Positions 10,255-19,239 of a stretch of 53,900 bases of DNA are shown in pieces. The stretch is from an uncultured Oligoflexus sp. (GTDB lineage Bacteria; Bdellovibrionota_B; Oligoflexia; Oligoflexales; Oligoflexaceae): positions 1 to 53,900 of the forward strand of contig CAXSGP010000001.1 of assembly GCA_964236955.1 (NCBI GenBank). The letters run 5' to 3'. Positions within the stretch are counted from its first letter, which is position 1; each line of letters begins with the position of its first letter. Both the position numbers and the translations under genes were made by a program. The notes under the pieces are model-generated. The model ran no database searches. It was given only the letters and a program-made list of their open reading frames with translations, and had not been told where the DNA came from.

Positions 10255-10280
10255 AAAGACCTCCTTTGGAGGTCTTTGTT
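10255..10280 (+). terminator. Intrinsic terminator-like hairpin
   Basis: AAAGACCTCC-TTT-GGAGGTCTTT perfect 10-bp inverted repeat followed by GTT. Confidence 0.6.
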
Positions 10281-10449
10281 ACGTCCGCTCTTGAAGGTCT
10301 TCAGAGACTTACGGGAAGCTAACCGTCTTTGGGAGGTTTTTTTTCCTCGCACTTCATTCTCTCTTATTCCAATATAGTTCGTTCGACGGCAGTTACGCCG
10401 GCTCTTTAAGGCCCGCCGCCTATGCCTATATAAAACAAAAGGAATTGAT

Positions 10450-10875
10450 ATGGCTGGTGCAGAACGCGAAGAAGTCTTTAATGTCTCAGCAGAACAATAC
10501 TACGCCGCATTGACAGATTTTAAAAATTATCCTAAGATCTTGCCGGAAGTAGGTGGAATCAAAGTTAAAAATCAAACCACGACTACCGCAAGTGTTGAGT
10601 ATAGTGTCAATCTCGTCAAGACCTTTCACTACACTTTAAAAATGACCTTAAAGAGTCCTGAACTTGTGTCTTGGGAACTCGAAGACGGGAGTCTCTTTAA
10701 AAAGAACTCCGGTCGCTGGACGATCACCCCCCTTGGACCCAAACAGTGCAGAGTGAGCTACAATCTTGATGTTGAGATTAAGATCTTCGCACCCAAATCC
10801 ATAACCAACGCTTTAGTGGCCGTTAATCTACCCCGCATGATGCAAAGCTTTTATGAGCAGGCTCAGACCCTTTAA
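10450..10875 (+). CDS. SRPBCC/START-family (Coq10/RatA/polyketide cyclase-like) protein
   Basis: LTDFKNYPKILPEV, F.KNSGRW.I.P, CRVSYNLDVE, C-terminal helix; 141 aa; no signal peptide. Confidence 0.85.
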   Translation: MAGAEREEVFNVSAEQYYAALTDFKNYPKILPEVGGIKVKNQTTTTASVEYSVNLVKTFHYTLKMTLKSPELVSWELEDGSLFKKNSGRWTITPLGPKQCRVSYNLDVEIKIFAPKSITNALVAVNLPRMMQSFYEQAQTL

Positions 10876-10895
10876 GAGCTATTAAGACAAAATGC

Positions 10896-10931
10896 AAAGC
10901 GGCGATCCTTAAAGATTAGGATCGCCGTTTT
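10896..10931. terminator. Bidirectional intrinsic terminator between convergent genes
   Basis: AAAGCGGCGATCCT-taaagatt-AGGATCGCCGTTTT. Confidence 0.75.
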
Positions 10932-10952
10932 CATTTGAATGAGCACCAAAAC

Positions 10953-12671
10953 CTAGGAGCGGAACAGCTCGCCCATTTTCTTGCCAAGTACCAGTGACGC
11001 TCCCATGATACAGACGATAAGGATCACCATTCCAATGATGCCGAGGGCACTCGCGACCAATTCGCCCGTTCCCTGTTCAAGGAAGAGGACATAGATCGCT
11101 TTGGTCATAGGATAGAATCGCTCTTTCATTGCCAGGATCAGGCTATCGCTGACGTCGAGCATTGCATAGGAAAAGCAAAGCAATGCGCCGGCAATCAGGT
11201 TGGCCATAAGCAAAGGAACTGTAATTTTACGCAGGGTATGGAAACGTGATGCCCCGAAGGTTGTCGAAGCCTCTTCCAAAGAACTACTCATCTGCTGCAG
11301 TCCCGCTGTCGCCGACCGAACCATGTAAGGCAGACGCCGAATGGCATAAGCGATGACCAAGAGAGGCACGGGATTATGCAAGGGATCGAGAAAACTGTCA
11401 GAATAAGTAACGACATATCCAAATGCCAGCACGATACCCGGGAGAGCGAGAGGAATCATAACCAATCCATCAAGGATACCCGGGAAAGGTACAAGTTTTC
11501 GCACGATGACATAAGCGATGAGAAGTCCAAGGATCAAATCGACGATTGTCGAGAGACCAGCCAGGAAAAAGCTGTTTTTGATGCCGTTAAATGCCAAATC
11601 GGTGCCGAATACCTGTTTGAAGTGGTCGAGCGTATACTGTTCCGTCAAAGGCGTCATAATCCATTTATCGGAAATATCAGTGATAAGTACGGCCAAATGC
11701 GGCAATAAAGCAAAAAATGCCGTACCACAGACCAGGACATAAACTAAAGGATAGCCCCACCAGGTCGGGTGTTTCTTTTCCGAGCTCACGTGGCCCTTGG
11801 CCATCATCTCGTATTTTTTCCCACCCAGGGCTTTTTTGGATATAACAAAGAAGCTCACGGTCATGACAATGACAAGACAAACGAGAGCATATCCCACCGG
11901 GTTTTCATTGACGTCGGTGATCATATTAAAGATTTGCACCGGTATTGTCTCGTGGTAACCCACGAGCAAGGGCGTGCCAAGGTCGGTCAAAGCCCAGATA
12001 AAGACGATGATGGCACCAGCAAAGTAGCCCGGTCGGGCCAATGGCCAGACGATATCCCGATACTGCTTCCACTTCGGAACACCCAGAGTGCTTGCCATTT
12101 CTTCCACGCTTGGATCCACGTTGGCGAGAGCAGCGCTAAGGTTCAGATACATGATGGGATAAAGATGCAGGACTTCAAGGATTACGACCGCCCAAAACAT
12201 ACTGTCAGGTCCGAGCCAATCAATAGGACTGTTGATCCAACCCAAATCCATAAGAGTTAGGTTTACTGACCCTCGACGAGCAAAAAACCTCATGATTCCG
12301 ATTGCGCCAACGAAGGGAGGCATGACCATAGGCACCAGCAAAAGACCTGAGAGAAAGGATTTTCCCTTAAAATCGTAGCGCGCATTGATCAATGCCAGGG
12401 GAAAGCTGAGCAAGGTCGTGAAGATCGTCGTCACGATGCCGATGAGGACACTGTTCCAGATCGAGCCCATCAAAAGTTCGTTGGAAAAAAGCAGAGGAAA
12501 ATAGCGAAAGGTAAATTCGCCATTGTTAAAAAATGCTCTCGCCATGATGACCGAAACCGGCAACACCAGGAAGAAAAAAAGTATCGCGAGGGTAGCGATC
12601 ACCGTGCCGTAACCTACAAAGTCAGAAGCTTTGCGGCGCCATACTGTGGATTCATCAGCCTTGCTTTGCAT
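10953..12671 (-). CDS. ABC transporter permease, Fe3+ (FbpB/AfuB)-type, duplicated TM domain
   Basis: Two EAA-like loops (VEEMASTLGV; LEEASTTFGAS), PMVMPPFVGA, PLALPGIVLA; about 12 TM helices. Confidence 0.88.
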   Translation of the reverse strand: MQSKADESTVWRRKASDFVGYGTVIATLAILFFFLVLPVSVIMARAFFNNGEFTFRYFPLLFSNELLMGSIWNSVLIGIVTTIFTTLLSFPLALINARYDFKGKSFLSGLLLVPMVMPPFVGAIGIMRFFARRGSVNLTLMDLGWINSPIDWLGPDSMFWAVVILEVLHLYPIMYLNLSAALANVDPSVEEMASTLGVPKWKQYRDIVWPLARPGYFAGAIIVFIWALTDLGTPLLVGYHETIPVQIFNMITDVNENPVGYALVCLVIVMTVSFFVISKKALGGKKYEMMAKGHVSSEKKHPTWWGYPLVYVLVCGTAFFALLPHLAVLITDISDKWIMTPLTEQYTLDHFKQVFGTDLAFNGIKNSFFLAGLSTIVDLILGLLIAYVIVRKLVPFPGILDGLVMIPLALPGIVLAFGYVVTYSDSFLDPLHNPVPLLVIAYAIRRLPYMVRSATAGLQQMSSSLEEASTTFGASRFHTLRKITVPLLMANLIAGALLCFSYAMLDVSDSLILAMKERFYPMTKAIYVLFLEQGTGELVASALGIIGMVILIVCIMGASLVLGKKMGELFRS

Positions 12672-13762
12672 CAGGTTGTCGGCCCCAGTTCAAGAGGTGG
12701 CAAAACGAGAACATCACTCGCATCGATCGTGCACCCCACGGCGCTGCCTTCGTGGAAATCATGCTCGGGCGCGTGATAGAAATTCACTTTCAAACACTCG
12801 CCGCTCTCGGTAGCCAGGAGAAATTGCTCCGATTCACCAAGATAAGTGAGATGTTCAACCTTGCAGGTAAAATAGTTCCCCCCCGTACCCGACCTCGTCC
12901 AATCGATATGGATCGCTTCAGGGCGCAGGGACAGGCTTACCTTGTCTGAAACCTTGAAGGCCTGGCTTTGATGAGTGGAACGCAGCAGACCAAAGGAGGT
13001 GCGAACCAGAGTTTCCGGGCCTTCAACTTTTTCGACGACAGCTTCGACCAGATTGGTTTCGCCGATAAAACCCGCGATAAATGCGGTCTTTGGATCGGTA
13101 TAAAGAGTGCGGGGCTTATCGGTTTGAATGAGGTGGCCAGCATGCATGACCGATACACTGCTACCCATCGATAAAGCCTCGCGTTGATCATGGGTCACAT
13201 AGAGAGTGGTGATACCAGTCTGCTTGTGAATTCGCAAAATATTGTCGCGCATTTCCATTCTTAGTTTGGCATCGAGGTTCGACAAGGGTTCGTCAAGTAA
13301 AAGGACGTTAGGACGAATCGCCAAAGCTCTGGCAAGCGCAACGCGTTGCTGCTGGCCTCCTGACAATTGACCGGGCAGACGCTCCACGAAATTTCCGAGG
13401 TGGGTGATCTGAACGACTTCGTCTATACGACGTTTGATTTCCTCTTTGGATAGTTTTCTTAGTTTCAGGCCATATTCTATATTCTTATAGACAGTCATAT
13501 GAGGCCAGAGTGCATAGTTCTGGAAAACCATGCCGATACCGCGTTCAACCGCAGGCTGCTTGGTCACGTCTTTGCCATTAAAAAAGAGTTGCCCCTCCGA
13601 AACGGGTTCAAGACCAGCCAACATTCTGAGAGTGGTGGTTTTGCCGCAGCCTGAAGGCCCTAGGAGAAAGTGCAGGGCACCTTTTTCTATTTTAAGATTA
13701 AGGTTGTGAACAGCCGTGACCTGTCCGTAGCGCTTGAAGATACCTTTAAATACGACTTCCAT
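12671..13762 (-). CDS. ABC transporter ATP-binding subunit (FbpC/PotA-type with TOBE domain)
   Basis: GPSGCGKTT, LSGGQQQRVALARAL, LLLDEPLSNLD, YVTHDQ; ATG 13762 preferred over GTG 13789. Confidence 0.93.
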   Translation of the reverse strand: MEVVFKGIFKRYGQVTAVHNLNLKIEKGALHFLLGPSGCGKTTTLRMLAGLEPVSEGQLFFNGKDVTKQPAVERGIGMVFQNYALWPHMTVYKNIEYGLKLRKLSKEEIKRRIDEVVQITHLGNFVERLPGQLSGGQQQRVALARALAIRPNVLLLDEPLSNLDAKLRMEMRDNILRIHKQTGITTLYVTHDQREALSMGSSVSVMHAGHLIQTDKPRTLYTDPKTAFIAGFIGETNLVEAVVEKVEGPETLVRTSFGLLRSTHQSQAFKVSDKVSLSLRPEAIHIDWTRSGTGGNYFTCKVEHLTYLGESEQFLLATESGECLKVNFYHAPEHDFHEGSAVGCTIDASDVLVLPPLELGPTT

Positions 13763-13917
13763 AGATTTCCCGCGAACATGGTTTGGCACGTGATGCAGTC
13801 GCTACTGGTGCGATTCCGGCTAACTCGGACAAAAGACCCCGCAATCGCTGAGGTCTTGCGTAGGCCTGGCGCTCAAACACTGTGAGCGAAAGCACTGCTT
13901 GATTCTGATAGTCGAGA

Positions 13918-15216
13918 TTATTGGAAAGACTTGTACTTTGTTTTCGCGAAGCTGACCCAAGCGTTAATCGTTTGATTTCTGAAGACTTCATCGTCCCATT
14001 TTTCGGAGACCTTGAAAAATTCCTCTTCGGTCAGGGGAACCTTAGCAAATTCTGCTATCTGCGCTTGATCAGGTTTTTTGGACTTGACGATTTTAGTCCA
14101 GGCCTTCTTGAGGTCATCGTGAGTATCGACTAAAAGGGCACCGACCAGATCATTAAATACGCGCTGTAATTTAGCGGCTTTTTCGATATCGAGTCGGATG
14201 AAACCTTTTTGAGTGAACGGATTCATAGCATAGATCCGTTTGCCTTCGGTCTGCTTGTAGGCTTCCGTGTTAATTGCCATACGACCGAGGGAGGATTGTT
14301 TGGGCCCACCGGGTACGCCCTTAGGCAGGACAAGCAGCTTTTGGCCTTCGACCGACAGGACATACTCCATGAAGCGCTCGGCAACTTTGCGGTTGGGCGC
14401 GCCCTTCAAAATAGCGATAGGATCGGGATCGAGCACGGCCTGACCGGAAGGCAGGGTAAAGCCTAGGTTTTCGCTACCAAGGTCGCCGATTTTCGCCAAG
14501 GCGTAGAAATCGATAGCCATCGTCATTGTAACGTCACCGGCAACGACAGCTTTGATGGGATCGGTGCTGGAGTGAGTAAAACTTCGGGCGTTTCCGGCAA
14601 GCCCATGAAGAAGTTCCCAGCCTTTAACCCAACCTTCAGTCTGAAGTATAATGGCATCCATGTTATTGGCGCTACCTGAACGACGGGGATCGGTCAGGCT
14701 TAGATTGCCAAGGTAGATAGGAGCGGCAAGATCGCGAAACGACTTGGGTTCCGGCACACCGTCAAATTTCATAATTTTTTTATTGAAGAACATGCCAAAC
14801 GACGAAGCTGCCGAAGCGTACCAGGTCTCCGTTTTATCATAGAGGGGAACGCCTGACGCGTTGTCAGGAATCTGCGCCTTGAGCGCTTTGGGGAGCTTGT
14901 ATTGAGCCAGGAAATTTGATTTTTGCAAATCAACGAACACTCCGGTTCCACCGCCCCAAAAAATGTCGACGCCTGAGGTTTTCGGATTCGAACCAAACTT
15001 TGCACGGATGAAACGAACATCATCGGAGGTGCCGCCCTGATCGAGCCAATCGACCTGGACCTCGGTATAAAACTTAGCTTTATAGTATTCAGCGAAAGCA
15101 GGAACGTACTCGTCTTGAATCGATTTGCGATGCGGCGACAGAATCACGAGAGTATCCTTCGCATACGCGGGTAGCGAGGCGAGAATGAGACCCAAGGCTA
15201 GAAAAGCGTTTCTCAT
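13918..15216 (-). CDS. ABC transporter substrate-binding protein (FbpA/AfuA-like)
   Basis: Signal peptide, DIFWGGG, DPRRSGS, DPIAILKGAPN..AERFMEYVLS.EGQ; operon with ATPase and permease. Confidence 0.85.
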   Translation of the reverse strand: MRNAFLALGLILASLPAYAKDTLVILSPHRKSIQDEYVPAFAEYYKAKFYTEVQVDWLDQGGTSDDVRFIRAKFGSNPKTSGVDIFWGGGTGVFVDLQKSNFLAQYKLPKALKAQIPDNASGVPLYDKTETWYASAASSFGMFFNKKIMKFDGVPEPKSFRDLAAPIYLGNLSLTDPRRSGSANNMDAIILQTEGWVKGWELLHGLAGNARSFTHSSTDPIKAVVAGDVTMTMAIDFYALAKIGDLGSENLGFTLPSGQAVLDPDPIAILKGAPNRKVAERFMEYVLSVEGQKLLVLPKGVPGGPKQSSLGRMAINTEAYKQTEGKRIYAMNPFTQKGFIRLDIEKAAKLQRVFNDLVGALLVDTHDDLKKAWTKIVKSKKPDQAQIAEFAKVPLTEEEFFKVSEKWDDEVFRNQTINAWVSFAKTKYKSFQ

Positions 15217-15418
15217 GAGCTTGTCCTTTCGTTCAATACGGAACTATCCGGAGTCTGTAGGCCATTTACGACGGATACTTCGTATCCCGATTCGAAATCC
15301 AGCTCTAAGGTGCAGACGCGTTGAAAACCTTAGTCGTGACACTTGGGATTGATCAAAAACGGCACATGGCCTCCAGAGTGGAATTTGGTAGTGCTTAAGC
15401 CTGAAAAAAGCAAGTACT

Positions 15419-16651
15419 TTATTTGTTAGTAGCCGTTTTCAGAGGGCTATTTTTAGGAGCTGCCAAATGCCGCAGACGGGGTAAGCCGTCTCGAAAACAG
15501 GAAGCGATGGTTTCGGCGGCTTGGTGCGCGAGATTGCCCTTGAGCTTACCGTTAAGCGCCTCCAGTTCGATCTTCTTGCTGGCTCGGTACTCAGGGTCTT
15601 GGATAAGCGTAAGAAGCTCCTGGGCTACGGCGGCGCCAGAGAAATTTTGGACAAACTCCTTGACCAAGCCATAGTCTGCAACCAAATTGACCAGGCTGAT
15701 GTGAGGCAATTTGACAAAGCGTTTCGCAATCTGAAAACTTAGGCTCTGCATGACATAGGCGACGGCCATAGGCGTTCCGACCAAAGCGCACTCCAGGGTC
15801 GCCGTTCCCGAGGTCACCAAGGCCGAGTCGCAGGCCTTCATCAAAAGAATGCTTTGACCCTGGACCAATGTGGTGTCCCCCAGGACAAAGACCTTAAGAC
15901 CATCGGTATCAGCGATGGGCAGCGGCAAGGCGGCGCCCAGTTGCTCCGCAAACAGGGTTAACGGCAGATTCGGGGCCGCGGACACCACAAATCGAAGCCT
16001 GGGATCAAGGCGGCGTAATTCCTCGCGGGCGGCCAGCATACGCGGCAAAAGCCTTTGAATCTCACTCCGGCGACTGCCGGGAAAAAATCCAATAACCTTT
16101 TGGTTTGGCTCAAGTCCAAAGCGCACGCGATCTCCATCGGCAGCCGCTGCGCGATCGACCTGGGGGGTACCCACGTAAGTGTAATTCACATCACGCTGCC
16201 TGAAAAAATCCGCTTCAAAGGGCATGATTCCTAAAACTTCATCGGTACTGCGCTTAAGTTTTTTCGTTCGCTTCTCGCCCCAGGCCCACAGCTGCGGCGC
16301 CACGTATTGAAACACAAAAGTACCTCGGAGTTTCAAAGAATCACCAAGGCGCAGATGAAAGCCGGGATAGTCGACCAGTATCGCAAAGTCCGGTTTGCGT
16401 CGGTCGATTTCCTCGAGCAGGGAAAATTCCAAACGTTTGATATAGGAAAGGTGTTTGAGCACTTCAACAAAACCCATCACCGATAGTTCCTCGATGCCGA
16501 ACAGTTCCTCGCATCCGGCACGGCGCATGCGCTCACCGCAGATTCCAAAAAATTCGGCATCGGGCATCAACGGCTTCAGTTCCTCAAGCAATTCACCGGC
16601 AAGAAGATCGCCCGAGGGTTCGCCGGCTGAGACAAAAATTTTCACGCTCAT
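15419..16651 (-). CDS. lpxB: Lipid-A-disaccharide synthase
   Basis: SAGEPSGD, LSVMGFVEVL, VDYPGFHL, YVAPQLWAW, PGSRRSEI, SGTATLE, ISLVNL. Confidence 0.96.
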   Translation of the reverse strand: MSVKIFVSAGEPSGDLLAGELLEELKPLMPDAEFFGICGERMRRAGCEELFGIEELSVMGFVEVLKHLSYIKRLEFSLLEEIDRRKPDFAILVDYPGFHLRLGDSLKLRGTFVFQYVAPQLWAWGEKRTKKLKRSTDEVLGIMPFEADFFRQRDVNYTYVGTPQVDRAAAADGDRVRFGLEPNQKVIGFFPGSRRSEIQRLLPRMLAAREELRRLDPRLRFVVSAAPNLPLTLFAEQLGAALPLPIADTDGLKVFVLGDTTLVQGQSILLMKACDSALVTSGTATLECALVGTPMAVAYVMQSLSFQIAKRFVKLPHISLVNLVADYGLVKEFVQNFSGAAVAQELLTLIQDPEYRASKKIELEALNGKLKGNLAHQAAETIASCFRDGLPRLRHLAAPKNSPLKTATNK

Positions 16652-17664
16652 AGCTTCGACTCGCTTCGGGGGGCTTGAAAATTAAGGACATGAGCTTTGA
16701 CGACCTGATGTTCGGCCTGTTCGACCAGTGACACGGATTCGATAAGTTCGGCATCGACCGCGAGGATGTGGGGCTTGCCATGTAAATAGGCATGGAGCTG
16801 GTCCAGTTGCTCCTTAAGGGATTCCCTGGCTATAACAGGCACTGCTGCAGTTTCCAGCCCCTGCGTGTCGACCGACCATTTGAGCTCCGAAAAAATCGTT
16901 TTCTTTTTAGAAAGGTCTTGGCCGAACAACTCACAGGTTTGGTTCAGGTAGTCGACGAGACAGAGGCCATCGCTCCCCGTCACCCTTATCGAACGCATCC
17001 GCTGCGGTGTCAGCCAATTCACATGCACAGTTCCGGTCACGCCAAGGCTGGATCGAACCATTATTTCAGCCGTATCGTAAATAGCTGGGGATCGTGTGCA
17101 ATGACCGATTCCATAGACGACAGCCAAAGGGCCCATGATCATGCGGAACAGATCAAGTTCATGAACGCCGAGATCGAGAATAACATTGTTGCCCGTCTTT
17201 ACATTGCGCGGAAACCCGCCGGCGCGTAGCCCGTTGAGGTGGACGAGGCGACCGAGGATTCCACTTTCCACAACTTTGCGCAGAGCGCCGACCACAGGAT
17301 TACAGCGTTCGATATTCCCAACCGCCAACAGTCGGCCCTTTTGCTTGGCAAGCTCAACAAGTTCACGGGCCTGTTGATGGGTGCTGGCTGCCGGCTTTTC
17401 GACAAACACGTGATGATTGCCATGCAGCAGTTTCGTGACGATCGTATAGTGCAGTTCTGTAGGCGCCGCGACAACGGCAAGGTCAAATTTTAAATCGTCA
17501 GGAAGCTGCTTATATAAGGGCACCGGCCTCGCGGTGGGCGGCAGTTGTTCCGTGACAGGATCGATGACGCCAACCAATTCGAAACGGCAATCTTCCTGCA
17601 GCACACGCAGGTGGTTGCGTCCCATATGCCCTAAACCGAAAAGACAAGTGCGTAGCGTCGTCAT
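16648..17664 (-). CDS. Gfo/Idh/MocA NAD-dependent oxidoreductase, GnnA/WlbA-like UDP-sugar 3-dehydrogenase
   Basis: GLGHMGRNH, PTELHY, VFVEKP, VGNIERCNP, VILDLGVHELD; ATG 17664 (ORF-track extension to 18081 is low complexity); ATGA overlap with lpxB. Confidence 0.85.
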   Translation of the reverse strand: MTTLRTCLFGLGHMGRNHLRVLQEDCRFELVGVIDPVTEQLPPTARPVPLYKQLPDDLKFDLAVVAAPTELHYTIVTKLLHGNHHVFVEKPAASTHQQARELVELAKQKGRLLAVGNIERCNPVVGALRKVVESGILGRLVHLNGLRAGGFPRNVKTGNNVILDLGVHELDLFRMIMGPLAVVYGIGHCTRSPAIYDTAEIMVRSSLGVTGTVHVNWLTPQRMRSIRVTGSDGLCLVDYLNQTCELFGQDLSKKKTIFSELKWSVDTQGLETAAVPVIARESLKEQLDQLHAYLHGKPHILAVDAELIESVSLVEQAEHQVVKAHVLNFQAPRSESKL

Positions 17665-18037
17665 GGAATGGCCTTTATTTACCTGGGCATGGGAACCAAC
17701 AAAAATCCGCCAAGGACGCCAAAGATACCCTTTATCGGCTGAGAAATATAGATAAAAACCCGTTTCAAATACATAACGACCTAGTACTCCGGTCCAGAGT
17801 TTTTGAGACGCTAAAATGCTTGTCGAGCTTCGGTATTCGACCGTTAAAAAACGATGAGAGGCCGACGCAGGCAAGCCGCTCCCAAAACCCCTGAACCGCA
17901 ACACTAGTGACGCAGAATACGTCGGCCTTATCGTGCCTCGTTCTGAGTGAGCTGTGGTTAAGAATGCTAAAAATAATGAAGGATGAGAAGAAAAAGCGGC
18001 ATCCGCAACCAGGGCGCTCCGGACTTTTTTCAGAGCC

Positions 18038-19225
18038 TTAGTGGATTTTGCGCATTCGGGATACAAAGAGGCAATCGGCATCGAACACGGGCAAACCGCA
18101 AATCATCTCCTCTTCCAGGACAAGAGGAAGTGTGTCGCGAAGCTTGGCGGTGACATCTTCGTTTTCTTCAGGCAACCAACTGCAGGTCGCGTACACGAGC
18201 TGGCCACCTTTTTTGAGGTAGGGCAGGACCTTTTCCACAATGCTTAACTGAAGGGTCTGAAGGTTCCGGATCGATTCGTCGGATATGCGAAAGCGACCAT
18301 CAGGACTGCGGCGCCAGGTTCCAGAACCGGAGCAAGGCGCATCGACCAGGATAATGTCAAACCCTTTGCCGACAGAGCGCGGTAAATCAAATTGATCGCC
18401 ACCATTCCATGGAATCGGAGTGACGTTGGGGAGCTTGGCACGATGCGCGCGGCGGGACACTTCCGTGCTTTTATGAGCCCTAATATCGCTCGAGAAAATA
18501 TGGGCTTTGGGATATAGAGCGGCGAGTTGCAGACTCTTGCCGCCGCCGCCGGCACAACAGTCCCAAATCTGAGCCGCCGCTTGCACGGGGATTTTTTCGC
18601 CCAATAGCTGCGAACCATAATCTTGTACCTCTGCCCAGCCGTCCTCGAGGATAGGTGTTTGCTGGAGGTTCTTATCACTTTCAATTTTTAAACTGCTGCC
18701 ATGCCAGTCGTAGCTCAGGCCCATTTCATTGAGCTTGGCTTCAACTTTAGCTTTATTGCTAGGCTTATTAAGACGAAGCCACAATGCGGCGCGACGGTTT
18801 TGAGCGCTTAAAAAGCTATCCCTCTGCTGGTCCGTCCAATGCGAAAGGGCAACCCGGCGATCAAGCGAGGCTTGAAACCAGGACGACAGGCCAGCACTGG
18901 CCAAACCCTCGGCTGGTAAACTCTTTCCAAACTCACCCAGTTCGCCAAATAATTTTTCAGGCGGCAGGGTACGCAAGGCCTCCCATGCAGCTGCCGGCGT
19001 AAGGCTGGCCGTTTCCAATCGCTTATCGAGCAGAGGCATGGACCAACGAATGGCCGCGAAAACAGCTTCACTATACCAACGGCGATCTTTGGACCCGAAA
19101 CGCTTGTCCTGCTTCATACGTTGAACCAGCCAGCGATCGAGTTGAGGCAATTCTTTCTGTTTGGCCAGGTCGGACCAAATCCTAAAGAGATGGGGGGTTC
19201 GTGGAGATTGGAGCAGCTCTTCCAT
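18038..19225 (-). CDS. RsmB/NOP2-family RNA m5C methyltransferase
   Basis: VQD.GSQ, DCCAGGGGKS, LVDAPCSGSGTWRR, YATCS..PEENE. Confidence 0.9.
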   Translation of the reverse strand: MEELLQSPRTPHLFRIWSDLAKQKELPQLDRWLVQRMKQDKRFGSKDRRWYSEAVFAAIRWSMPLLDKRLETASLTPAAAWEALRTLPPEKLFGELGEFGKSLPAEGLASAGLSSWFQASLDRRVALSHWTDQQRDSFLSAQNRRAALWLRLNKPSNKAKVEAKLNEMGLSYDWHGSSLKIESDKNLQQTPILEDGWAEVQDYGSQLLGEKIPVQAAAQIWDCCAGGGGKSLQLAALYPKAHIFSSDIRAHKSTEVSRRAHRAKLPNVTPIPWNGGDQFDLPRSVGKGFDIILVDAPCSGSGTWRRSPDGRFRISDESIRNLQTLQLSIVEKVLPYLKKGGQLVYATCSWLPEENEDVTAKLRDTLPLVLEEEMICGLPVFDADCLFVSRMRKIH

Positions 19226-19239
19226 TTTTTAATGGCCTC

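Noticed and set aside
13831..13858. Hairpin between the substrate-binding and ATPase genes
   Set aside because: Typical intercistronic stem of ABC operons; not unusual
15217..15418. TPP riboswitch or Fur box upstream of the ABC operon
   Set aside because: No CTGAGA/ACCTGA TPP core and no GATAATGAT-type box; substrate remains unassigned
17732..17758. GCCGATAA box upstream of the gnnA-like gene
   Set aside because: Perfect -10 element, but TTTTT at the -35 position; not counted as a sigma28 promoter
17665..18081. N-terminal extension of the Gfo/Idh/MocA ORF
   Set aside because: Non-conserved-looking sequence overlapping the RsmB-family gene; Rossmann motif begins right after ATG 17664
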